A stretch of 63,808 bases of DNA, counting the filler, from Thraustochytrium aureum (lineage: Eukaryota), in the NCBI GenBank assembly GCA_012862495.1. It is 7 parts of 6 records of this genome, joined end to end, with 100 filler letters (N's around TTAATTAATTAA, not from the genome) between each part and the next. Parts side by side here need not be neighbours in the genome. Positions count along the whole stretch, not along the records: positions 40,228 to 60,352 come from BLSG01000406.1; positions 60,453 to 62,588 come from BLSG01000409.1; positions 62,689 to 63,808 come from BLSG01000418.1; 4 more parts are not named here. The stretch is one strand, 5' to 3'. A model generated the notes under the pieces. The model worked only from the letters and a program-made list of their open reading frames with translations. It searched no databases and was not told the DNA's origin. The position numbers were made by a program, and so were the translations under genes. Positions within the stretch are counted from its first letter, which is position 1, and each line of letters starts with the position of its first letter. Below are positions 53,923-63,808 of the stretch, one piece after another.

Positions 53923-56544
53923 AGCGTGCTCCTCCAAGTCCCCCGCCGCCGCGAGAATGCAGCACAGGTATGGCAAGGGGCCCCTCCGACTTTGAGCTCA
54001 GTTGGCCCGTTGCTTGCTCCTTTCGCGACGGCGCTCGTCCACGCGAGCAGCAGCTGCAGCTCTGCCCTGTGTCGCACGCCGCCAGAAGGCGCTGACTGCG
54101 TGCTCGCGAACAAGGAATCGCGCGCCGCGCCGCGTGGGGCGGACAGGGAGCGGCGTCAACTTTNNNNNNNNNNNNNNNNNNNNNNNNNNNNNNNNNNNNN
54201 NNNNNNNNNNNNNNNNNNNNNNNNNNNNNNNNNNNNNNNNNNNNNNNNNNNNNNNNNNNNNNNNNNNNNNNNNNNNNNNNNNNNNNNNNNNNNNNNNNNN
54301 NNNNNNNNNNNNNNNNNNNNNNNNNNNNNNNNNNNNNNNNNNNNNNNNNNNNNNNNNNNNNNNNNNNNNNNNNNNNNNNNNNNNNNNNNNNNNNNNNNNN
54401 NNNNNNNNNNNNNNNNNNNNNNNNNNNNNNNNNNNNNNNNNNNNNNNNNNNNNNNNNNNNNNNNNNNNNNNNNNNNNNNNNNNNNNNNNNNNNNNNNNNN
54501 NNNNNNNNNNNNNNNNNNNNNNNNNNNNNNNNNNNNNNNNNNNNNNNNNNNNNNNNNNNNNNAGAGCGGCGCCTGGCGGACCAGTCCATCGAGGCGGTCA
54601 AGGTTCGCCCCGCCGCGCGGCGGTCGCATGACGCCTTTGACCCCGTTACGGGCAACGTCGCCAGTGGGCCAAGCCCTGGCTGGCCCCGCTTGCTCAGCTT
54701 GCTCAACCGCCCACTGGCAGACCAGGCAAGAGTCACAAGACCGACCTACCGGGACGGACAGCGACGGACGGCTGGCCAACCAAACCCCCCGCCAGTCGGA
54801 CTGGGAGCGGTACGGGCCTGCCTGCCAGTCGGGCGGCTGGCGGAGCAGTTTCAAGTTTCAACGCTGCAGGCGTGTGGGGGATGGATAGCGCCGCCATTCA
54901 TTTTCATTCATTCAACCGCGTGACCGGCCACGGTTTCGCCTTTTCTTTTTCGGCCCGTTGCACGACCGCTCTGGAGTCCATCTCCTCGCATCCTCCCGCC
55001 TCAGCTCGTGGTATCGCAAGATTCGCAACAGCACCAGAACAACAAAAAAACCAACGATAAACAACGAAAAGCACTGAGCGAAAGGCGGCAAACACGCTGC
55101 CTCGCGTGAAGGCTCTTGCTGGCAGGCCGACACGCAGGCAGGCAAGGCATCGATCCGCGCCGTTCCGCGTCGCGCGAGTGCGCTCTCCCCCCCCGGACTC
55201 CCCGAGCCTCAAACGCTCGATCCCCGGACGGAAGGCAGGAAGGGAAGGGGGCGAGGGGGAGAAGGGAGGATTGGGAGTCATTGCGACTCACCCGTCAGAA
55301 GAGTTGTCACGGCATTCAAGCGCGGCCAAAGGGGCATGTCGGCGCCTCTGTCGCCACCGTTCATCTCGTGCACGTGTGCCCCAGATAGCTCCACGCAGCC
55401 GCGCGGCTGCTTCCCGTCTCTGCGGCGAACAAGCTGCGCAGCCCCACTCCGCTGCAGGGGTCAGTAGGGAGTGGGCCTCACAGCGGAACGCCTCGCTCCT
55501 GTGCCTGCATCTCCTGTGATGGAGAGGACGGCCCAAGCAAGGCCTCAGAGGAGGGATCAAAGACTCGTCGAAACCGGCCGAACTCTCCGTCTCGTCTCTC
55601 ACGTAACGGCACCGCTTCGAGGGGCGGGTCGTGGCAGCGAGTCAAGACCCGATCAAGTCTTGTGGTCCAGCAGCACATCGTGGCGCCCCTCACACGCCAA
55701 ACTGTGGGTGTTTTCGGCTGTGAGGGGCTGGCTTTGGGGTTCTCGCTCCTCCAAGCCAGGCTGCATGGAGAGCAGGTACTCACTACCGTTGTGTGTATGC
55801 GTGTTCCACCACTGTGAGGGCGGTGGAGAGCATTGTGAGGGCCGTGGAGAGCAGGGGAAAAATCTAACCATCACAAGCGTCCAGCGGCAGCGGGAGGGGG
55901 TTCTCACAGCGGAAGGTCCCGCTCACTTTTCTCACCAATGTGGACCTCAAAAAGCGATGTGCGCCCGTAACTCCGGACGGCCGCCCTCCCACCGCGCGTG
56001 TGAGGAGGTCCATCCAAGTGGAAACCTCACGCTGCTCTGCTAAAACCAGGACAATTCTGAACTGACACAAGATGGACGGAGCCCCTCGGGCCTGAGAGAG
56101 GCACCGCAGCGCTTGCGTCACGCATGGGAGACCAACACAGCAGGGAAAGGGAGGGATGTAGCTTCTAAGAAGAGAAAACAAACACTGGTGAGTACTACTC
56201 CACTGAGCAACGCAGCGAGCGATTGGGGGCCGAAGCGCAGCGGCAGGATAGAGGAGAGGATTTATTCCCCGCAATCTCTCCCAGGCCGGTGTCTGGTCCA
56301 CGCTCCTACGTCGCCCCAAAACAACCACCATTGAAAAACCGTAAATTAAAATCGCCCCAAAACAACCAATACGCAGAAACCCCCCACACATCCACTTGAA
56401 AAGCGAAAAAGAAGCGAAAAACGCGAGGGAAAAAGCGAAAACAAGGAGCAAAGGAAGGCAAAGGAAGGGGGAAAGACTCTGCGAAAAAAGGCGCGAGACG
56501 GCGGCTGCAGGACTCTGGAGCAGCGCAGAGGGCGAAAAGGCCAA

Positions 56545-56590
56545 AGCAGAGCAGAGGAGAGAGCAGAGAGCAGAGCAGAGCAGCAAGCGA
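56545..56590. repeat. (AGAGC)n microsatellite upstream of the C2H2 gene
   Basis: agcagagcagaggagagagcagagagcagagcagagcagcaagc. Confidence 0.75.
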
Positions 56591-57133
56591 GAGCGAGGAC
56601 GAGCGNNNNNNNNNNNNNNNNNNNNNNNNNNNNNNNNNNNNNNNNNNNNNNNNNNNNNNNNNNNNNNNNNNNNNNNNNNNNNNNNNNNNNNNNNNNNNNN
56701 NNNNNNNNNNNNNNNNNNNNNNNNNNNNNNNNNNNNNNNNNNNNNNNNNNNNNNNNNNNNNNNNNNNNNNNNNNNNNNNNNNNNNNNNNNNNNNNNNNNN
56801 NNNNNNNNNNNNNNNNNNNNNNNNNNNNNNNNNNNNNNNNNNNNNNNNNNNNNNNNNNNNNNNNNNNNNNNNNNNNNNNNNNNNNNNNNNNNNNNNNNNN
56901 NNNNNNNNNNNNNNNNNNNNNNNNNNNNNNNNNNNNNNNNNNNNNNNNNNNNNNNNNNNNNNNNNNNNNNNNNNNNNNNNNNNNNNNNNNNNNNNNNNNN
57001 NNNNNNNNNNNNNNNNNNNNNNNNNNNNNNNNNNNNNNNNNNNNNNNNNNNNNNNNNNNNNNNNNNNNNNNNNNNNNNNNNNNNNNNNNNNNNNNNNNNN
57101 NNNNNNNNNNNNNNNNNNNNNNNNNNNNNNNAG

Positions 57134-58300
57134 AACGGCGGCGGGGACCACGCTGGCCAGCAAGGCTTGCACAAGCGCCAGCTCAACGCCGAGGACGACG
57201 CCAACAAGCGCCAGCGGACGGGCGGCCCAGGTCGACCCAACTCGCGCGAAGGGCAGCAACGCGGAGAGGCCGCGAACCTCGATAGCGCGCGCGCATATGC
57301 AGCGGCAGCAGAGCGGACTGCGGCGAACGCGAGCCTTTTCCAGGGCATTCCGCAAAACGGGGCCTTTGCCGCAGGGCAACAGGCGGACCAGCACGAGCAA
57401 GGGGGCCAGCGCGGCAACGCACGGCGCGGTCCCGAAAGCAAGCGCCAGGTGTGCAAGATTTGCAGCAAGGCTTTTCGGTTTCCAAACGAGCTGCGGCGAC
57501 ACATCGAGGGCGTGCACGAGGGCATCAAGTTTAAGTGCTCAGAGTGCGACAAGTCGTTCAGCACCAAGTGCAACCTGCACAAGCACATCAACGCGGCCCA
57601 CAACGGCAAAGTGTTCCAGTGCCACGTCTGCAAGCGCAACTTTACGGATCCTTCCAACCTGCGAAAGCACGTCAAGTCGATTCACGAAAAGGTGCGCTAC
57701 CAGTGCCCGCTTTGCGACAAGCAGTTCACGCAGAACTGCCACCTCCGGACGCACTTCAAGTCGTTCCACGAGAAACAGCGCTTTGGCTGCGACATTTGCA
57801 ACAAGAGCTTCACGCGCAAGGACCACCTCGTCGCCCACCACCGCACGACTGGTCACCGCAATGCTGACTCGGAGGACCTCCCGATTGCGCAAGGTCCGAT
57901 CGTGGTCACGCCCAAGATCACGGGCGGGCCACCGCCTGGCACGGTCATAGTCACGCCCGCAGACAAACTAGCGGGCCCAACAAAGTCTCGCAAGAAGAAC
58001 CCCGAAGCGGCCAGGCCGCTCGACGCGTCGGGCTCGAGCGGCTCAGCGGCCTCGAGCCCGGCTGGCGCCGAGGATTCGGACGCCCCCTCACCCTCGGCGG
58101 TTAGCGGACACGATCTTGACGCCGTTCCAGTCCCTGCCCCTGCCGCGAGCGCTGCTGTGCCCGCGCCCGCCGCGCCGTCGTCCGCGGCCGAGCCCGCTGC
58201 GCCTGGAGTCGCTCCAGCGGGCTCGGAAGCGCCGCCCAAATCTGCTACCCAGGCGCCGGCCGACGAGGCCACTGACAAGAACTCGGCTGACTCGGACTAG
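57134..58300 (+). CDS. C2H2 zinc-finger transcription factor, five tandem fingers (5' end in N gap)
   Basis: CKICSKAF...HIEGVH, CSECDKSF...HINAAH, CHVCKRNF...HVKSIH, CPLCDKQF...HFKSFH, CDICNKSF...HHRTTGH; Ala/Pro/Ser tail. Confidence 0.93.
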   Translation, partial: NGGGDHAGQQGLHKRQLNAEDDANKRQRTGGPGRPNSREGQQRGEAANLDSARAYAAAAERTAANASLFQGIPQNGAFAAGQQADQHEQGGQRGNARRGPESKRQVCKICSKAFRFPNELRRHIEGVHEGIKFKCSECDKSFSTKCNLHKHINAAHNGKVFQCHVCKRNFTDPSNLRKHVKSIHEKVRYQCPLCDKQFTQNCHLRTHFKSFHEKQRFGCDICNKSFTRKDHLVAHHRTTGHRNADSEDLPIAQGPIVVTPKITGGPPPGTVIVTPADKLAGPTKSRKKNPEAARPLDASGSSGSAASSPAGAEDSDAPSPSAVSGHDLDAVPVPAPAASAAVPAPAAPSSAAEPAAPGVAPAGSEAPPKSATQAPADEATDKNSADSD

Positions 58301-59147
58301 AGGAGTCGTGACCAGTCTCTCGTGGGGACTCGGGCTGCTAGCTAGCTTGAACTTCTGCACGCGAGCTATTGAGAGGGCTCTGCTCGGAGAACTTCGGACC
58401 GGGGCAGCCTGCCTCCCCGCTCCGCTTCGCTATTTTGCGTATCGTATCGAACGCAGCGCTGGACTCGGATGGCGCCAATCGATGAAGCGAGCTCTTGGAC
58501 GTGAGGGCCTCGCTTCCTCGGCGCCGTCTCGACCAGTCTCTCAAGGTTTAGAGCACTAGTCTTGCATTCGCCCTGGCCTGGCGATGTAGCTGCTGAGGCA
58601 TTCGATCTTCCAGCAGCCCTCCGAGCTGGGACACCCAGCTCTGGAGTGGGGCCACATCTGCATCAAACTACACGTCCGCCAGCAATGAACGAGAAATAAG
58701 GGAAATTTCATTTTCTTGCGTCGTGGATCCTGCCGCAGCTCGTCGAGTCAACTCGATCTCCTCCTTCGCTCAACGCTGCTTGGTCACTTGGCGAGACCTT
58801 GCGGTGAAAACATCGATTCTCAATCAAAATGTCAACTCCGGTCCTCCGCCAGTGCAACTGCGTCGCTCAGACTTTCAGCCAGACGCCCCCCCCTCCTCCA
58901 CAACACAAACACTATTCCAGTGGCCGAGCCAAGAGATACTCTCTTTGTTGTAAAGCCTGTCAACTGCACTCTAGAGGCTTCCCGCGCACTTCGCGCAAGG
59001 CGCAACGAAGAGCTGCGACGAGCAATCTTTGGCAACAAACTCAGCCTACTCGAACAGAAACAGCCACCCGCCACACTTTCCAAGCGAAACACGAACGGAC
59101 GGAAACGAGAACCCCTGCACAACGTTCAGGCTTCGAGCGCCCTCGAC

Positions 59148-60352
59148 TTATTGAGCCATTCTCGAGCCCGACTCGGACTTGAGCTCCTCCACCTCGCGCC
59201 GCAGCTTGTCGATGTCGAGATGGAGCGGGTTGTTCGACGCCAAAGGAGAACCCGCGCCGCCTGTCCCATTCGGCGACGCACCAGCAGCCTCGACTGTGTG
59301 AGGAGCAAAGCCCTCTCTATCCTCTGGCTCGAAACCTGGCTGCCCGCGCCCTGGCGATGGCTCGTACTCGTGGTGGTGGACATCAACGCGTTTTCTTTCC
59401 GGCGAAGCAGCCGGGGACTTCCACGAGGAGATCGTTGCGAGCGCAGGGTTTGGCATCTCGCCGTGAGACTGCGGGTGATACGAAGGGATGTCGACTGCCC
59501 CGTCGTGCACTGCTGGGGCTCGCGCGTAGCCGTTCGACTGGGGCATCATTGCTGGCGCAACCGCCCCAGGCAAGCCGTTGCCCACGCCAGAGCCCTGCAT
59601 ACTGTCGGTCAGCGACCTGCGCAATACTTCGTCGAGCTCGGACCTGAGCGACATGTTGTCCTCCTGCAGGTGCTTGCGCTGGTCTTGCACGACTTTGAGC
59701 AAGCTCTTTGTCTGCGTGAGCTGGGCCTGGTACTTGCGCACGCTCTCGCGCAATGTGCTCATCTGCGAGTCGTACGACTTGGTGTGCTTTTTTTCGCGGT
59801 CAAACACGTCGCGCTGTTGCGCCTCGAGCGTCGAAATCTGGCTCTGCAAGCTCTTGATTGTCACGGAGGCGTCCTGCACAGCGCGGCGCATCAGCTCGCG
59901 ATCCGCCTCGAACGAGTCGCGCTCTGTCAAGACCTTGCGCAGCTTCTCCTCCGACTCGTCGAGCTGCTTCTCGAGCGACGCGACGCGCTGGCCCATGCGC
60001 GCCTGGACATCGGCGAGCGCGGAAGCGGCGCGCTGGCGCTCCTCCTGCAAAGAGCGATTCTGCGCATTCGTCTCCTCAAGCTGCTCCGACAGCTGCATTG
60101 TGCGGCGAGAGAGGTCGTCTTGCTCAGAAGCCGCCGACTCGAACTCGAGCCGCGCGTTCTCGAGGCGCTCGCGGCTCGCCTCCTCCAGGGCGCGCACGCT
60201 CTGCTTGAGGTATTGCACTTCATCTTCGAGACGGCGCCGCTCCTCCTCGAGCATGAGGTTCTTTGCGCGCTCCTCGTCGCGCTGCACCTCTGCGGCGAGC
60301 TGCGCGTCGCGGGTGCGCTCAAAGTCGAGCCGCGTGCGATTGTTGGCTTCGG
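59148..60352 (-). CDS. Coiled-coil protein, C-terminal part (5' truncated by scaffold end)
   Basis: Open frame from the scaffold edge with long E/Q/R/L heptads then a low-complexity tail; family not recognised. Confidence 0.7.
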
Positions 60353-60452
60353 NNNNNNNNNNNNNNNNNNNNNNNNNNNNNNNNNNNNNNNNNNNNTTAA
60401 TTAATTAANNNNNNNNNNNNNNNNNNNNNNNNNNNNNNNNNNNNNNNNNNNN
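60353..60452. other. Artificial scaffold spacer
   Basis: TTAATTAATTAA at 60397-60408 flanked by 44 N each side. Confidence 0.97.
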
Positions 60453-62588
60453 CAGCTGAGGAACGAGATCGCGAAGAAGGAGGCCGACATCGGTGGCCTG
60501 GAAGATGACCTCTTGGAGTCGCGCAAGTCACAGAAAGTGGACGGGACGGTGTCCCAGAACAACAAGAAACCCTTGTCGGCGTGCAAGACCAAGTTCAACA
60601 CCGTTGGAGCGTGGCACACGCCCGATGTCTTACCCCTTGCATTTGTAATGCACGACGCATTCGGTACGGTCCTCAAGATGTTGGAGGACGTCTGTCTCAC
60701 GTTTTTCTCGGTGGACAACAAAGTCCAGGGCTTACAAGGCGCCTACTTCGAATACCCAATCGTGGTCGGCGCGAGCGGGAGCGGCAAATCCCGTGTCTGT
60801 TGGGAGGCTGGAGGTGCGCTGAAGGCGCCTGGTGGTGCTCGGGCGATTCGATTGTTCATCAACTGCTCAACGGCGGAGTACGGCGATGCCTCTGCTGAGA
60901 ATGAAAGAGACGCGATGAGTTACATTAATCTGCTCGCTCGCGTCCTGCTGGAGCGGCTCCTCCCCATGGCCGACGCCAACGCTTATGACGGCAGCCTTCC
61001 GGAAGTGCTCAAGCGCATCCGCACGGACGCAAATGCGCGGGTCGTGTTTCTGCAGATCGACGAGTACTCGGACAACCCAGTGCTCGCACGCATGCTCTTG
61101 CGGGCTTGCAGAGACGTGTTCCATGCGCTGGGCGCAACGTTTGGGATGGAGCAAAACGAGCGCGTCCTCGTTGTGCCGGCCCTGAGCGGCATCGCCACGG
61201 TTGATGTCGACCTGAACAACAAAATCACCCACGTCTCGCAGCGGGTCACCGCAAAGCAAGTTTCCCTCAGCGGCCTTCGGGGCAGGACAAAGGAGCTCTT
61301 GAACTCGGCGCTCGACTACGCGGGTGCAAGCAAGAATGAAGGGCACCGCGCTGCTCTCGTGGCGCGCCTCGACGTCGTCGCGGAATCGTTTGCTGGGTTC
61401 CCGCGCATGTTCGAGTGGTGTGCCGACTTTTTCCTTCGCAACCACCAGCCCTACCAGAAGATCAAGAAAGGCGAAACCCTCACAACTCAGGAGGTATCCA
61501 ACCTGTACAATTTCATCATCGAACTGTACAGTTCTCGGTATGGGCTTGAACGATGGTTTCTGGCTCTTGGCCTGGGCAAGATAACCAGAAAACCCGATAG
61601 CCTTCGGTTTTTGCTCGTCACGGAGCACATTAAGCGCGTTCAGACGCTCGCTATCTCGGGCGTTTGCGTCAGGTCGCATGCTCAGGTCCTATCACTTGGC
61701 GACGTTGAGGCCCTTCGTCGAAAAAACCGACTTGTTGAGGACGAGGCCCGTGGTATCCAGAATTGCTGCACGTGGGGCGAGGTGGAGAAGAGTGGGCTGT
61801 TTTCGCTCGAGGAGGTCATAGTTGGAGGAGTGCGCGGCAAGTACGTCGTAAGGCTGCCGCTCATCGCGGTGGACGCGCTGTCCGCTCTCGTTCTTGCGGT
61901 CACACCCAAGTCGCTGTCAGCAGCAACCTACTCGTGGGCCAAGGTGGAGGTTATCGCCATGGAGTCGCTCCGCTGCCGATGGAACTCGTTCTGGTACACG
62001 AAGGGCCCATGCGAAATCCTTGTGGTGGACCTGCGTCCTGGTGCGCTGTGCTCGCCCGAAACTCGCGAGCAAAAGGTGCGGGTCGAAGGCGAGATTGTCT
62101 CCCTGCAGCAAATCGGCCAGCCGCTTCAAGGCAACCTCAACGACAAGTACAAAATCGGGTCGGCGTGGGACGTTGACACTGCCACGACGGCGCTGGAGGA
62201 CCACGCAGCCTACCTCCTCACCGACAACGAGGCGGGCAACGACGGGCTGGCCCTGATGGGCGGTACAGCGTGGTTTGTGCAGGCCAAGGCACGCAGCGGC
62301 GAGGAGAGCAAGCCGCAAGCGACGCCGAAGAAGAAGCCGAAGGCGCGCGCGAGCAAAAGCAAGCGCGCCGCCGCACATGCCAAGGCACAGGAGGCCAATG
62401 CGGTGGGTGCAGAGGACGCTGACGGGGTGTCGGGCAAGACCTCGAGTTCGACCATCATCCAGAGCCAGCTCTCGACGATCGTCGACAATCAGAAGGCTGC
62501 GGCCGAGCTGCTGGATACGGGCGACGCCTGCACTGGCCGCGTCTGGGACGTCTTCACAAACCGCAAGCGCGGCCCTCGACTCACGGTC
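60453..62588 (+). CDS. Crinkler/RHS-type P-loop NTPase + PD-(D/E)XK nuclease protein (both ends open; fills the whole scaffold)
   Basis: Walker A IVVGASGSGKSR, Walker B VFLQIDEY, helical FAGFPRMFEW, then NEAGNDGLALMGGTAWFVQAK (D...QxK restriction-endonuclease-fold motif); coiled coil at the N-terminus. Confidence 0.7.
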
Positions 62589-62688
62589 NNNNNNNNNNNN
62601 NNNNNNNNNNNNNNNNNNNNNNNNNNNNNNNNTTAATTAATTAANNNNNNNNNNNNNNNNNNNNNNNNNNNNNNNNNNNNNNNNNNNN
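62589..62688. other. Artificial scaffold spacer
   Basis: TTAATTAATTAA at 62633-62644 flanked by 44 N each side. Confidence 0.97.
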
Positions 62689-62692
62689 AGCC

Positions 62693-63781
62693 ATGCGCTC
62701 CAAGTCCGTGGTCGTTACCGAGACCTGGACACTCGCTGGAGCAGACGAGAGCCTCTGCGCGTCGGGGCGCCGCATCGGCGGAGCAAGGAGAGGCGGCGTC
62801 GAAGCCGATGAGGAAGCGGAAGTTTCAGCCCGCCCAAACATCAAGGGTCTTGTGAGCCCCGCCGCGCTGGCTCGCGGTGGCTCCGGCCGCGCGCGCGGCT
62901 CCTCCACAGTAAACAGCGAGTACGGGCTCTCGCACAACGCCTGGCTCAACTTTTTTGAAGGAATGGACGTCCCGCTGGCTGACGTCCAGGCGTACCGAGA
63001 AATGAGCGAGGAGCAGCGCAAACTGTACCGCGAGTTCCGGCACGAGTTCCGCACCGAGCTCGGGGCGTGCGACAAGATAGACCGCATGAAGCCTTACACG
63101 CTGCCGGACGACCTTTCGATCTTGCGCTTCCTTCAGGCCGACAAGTACGACTTCAAGCTCGCCATGAAGCGCTTGATTGACACGGTGGTGTGGCGCCAGC
63201 AAATCGACCTGCCCGCGCTTGTACGCGAGCAGCCCGAGACGCTGGAGGCCTACCGGCGGCTTCGTGTGCGGCGCTTCCTCGGGTTTGACAAAGCTGCGCG
63301 GCCGGTGTTTGCTGAGCGAATCGGGGAGTTTATCGGCAAGCTGGGATCGGCCGAGGCGCGCACGCTCTCGCAGCGCGACTACTTGCTGTGCTATATCTAC
63401 GAGATGGGCCAGTTCGTCGAGCGGTTCCGGGAAGCGGCGGCCACAAGGGGCCACACGGGCTGGAAGCAGACCTTTATCGCCGACTGCAAAGGCATGAAGT
63501 TCCTCTCTGCGGTCAAGAGCATCAACCTGCTCAAGTCGTTCGCGAAGGAGGTCGAGGTGCACTTTCCGGAGCAGGCGGGGCCCATCTTTCTCATCAACTG
63601 CCCAAGCGTGGTCACCTCTGTGTGGAAGATGGTCAAGCAGTTCCTCGACCCCAGCGTCATCAGCAAGATCCAAATCCACTCTGGCGTCCCGACCGACGTT
63701 ATGCTCGAGCTCATGGGGCCAGACGTCCTGCTCGAGGAGTACGGCGGGAACAACGCGACCGAGTACCCGCACGTCGCCTAG
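62693..63781 (+). CDS. Sec14/CRAL-TRIO lipid-binding protein
   Basis: DDLSILRFLQADKYD (CRAL-TRIO N), GFDKAARPVFAERIG, IADCKGM, HFPEQAGPIFLINCP...WKMVKQFLDP...KIQI, LLEEYGG. Confidence 0.93.
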   Translation: MRSKSVVVTETWTLAGADESLCASGRRIGGARRGGVEADEEAEVSARPNIKGLVSPAALARGGSGRARGSSTVNSEYGLSHNAWLNFFEGMDVPLADVQAYREMSEEQRKLYREFRHEFRTELGACDKIDRMKPYTLPDDLSILRFLQADKYDFKLAMKRLIDTVVWRQQIDLPALVREQPETLEAYRRLRVRRFLGFDKAARPVFAERIGEFIGKLGSAEARTLSQRDYLLCYIYEMGQFVERFREAAATRGHTGWKQTFIADCKGMKFLSAVKSINLLKSFAKEVEVHFPEQAGPIFLINCPSVVTSVWKMVKQFLDPSVISKIQIHSGVPTDVMLELMGPDVLLEEYGGNNATEYPHVA

Positions 63782-63808
63782 CTAGCTAGCTCGCTGTACA
63801 GCCAACGC

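Noticed and set aside
56396..56605. Lys/Arg/Glu-rich N-terminus of the C2H2 ORF
   Set aside because: Translation of an A-rich promoter-like tract and (AGAGC)n microsatellite, joined to the gene only through N's.
6281..62644. Recurrent palindromic TTAATTAATTAA, possibly a piggyBac TTAA target or a regulatory site
   Set aside because: Always centred in exactly 44+44 N and gives stops in all six frames: an assembly linker.
60453..63781. Functional link between the CRN-like gene and its Sec14 or coiled-coil neighbours
   Set aside because: They lie on different scaffolds separated by artificial spacers.
1..63808. Prokaryotic origin or contamination suggested by bacterial-type genes
   Set aside because: Those genes share scaffolds with spliceosomal introns, an intron-containing nuclear tRNA, kinesin, centriolar, FYVE and C2H2 genes.

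Overview
GC-rich, gene-dense, intron-poor eukaryotic nuclear DNA. It is not one locus: six identical 100-bp artificial spacers (44N-TTAATTAATTAA-44N) join seven scaffolds (1-6236, 6337-23686, 23787-28639, 28740-40127, 40228-60352, 60453-62588, 62689-63808), so gene adjacency only means something within a scaffold. Short GT-AG introns with GCTAAC/GCTGAC branch points, an intron-containing tRNA-Ala, centriolar genes (centlein-like, centriolin-like), kinesin, eEF3 and a Crinkler-like gene suggest a flagellated non-fungal protist; a stramenopile such as a labyrinthulomycete is my inference, not proven. About 25 protein genes are recognisable, and several are broken by 1-2 nt indels, mostly in homopolymers (probable sequencing errors). 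The best candidate for a novel system is a chimeric class C GPCR (40897-45674): signal peptide, two tandem bacterial-type periplasmic sugar-binding domains, an LNR/Notch-like Cys module, a canonical Venus-flytrap domain and a GABA-B-like 7TM, lying upstream of an SLC34 phosphate transporter. Other notable items are a centriolin-like protein fused to a DH(-PH) RhoGEF, a CRN-type NTPase+nuclease effector, a stand-alone eukaryote-type dethiobiotin synthetase lacking its usual BIO1 fusion partner, and several bacterial-type genes (TIGR04283-like GT2, YrdB-like, DUF218, NTT-like). All family assignments come from motif recognition by eye; no searches were run.
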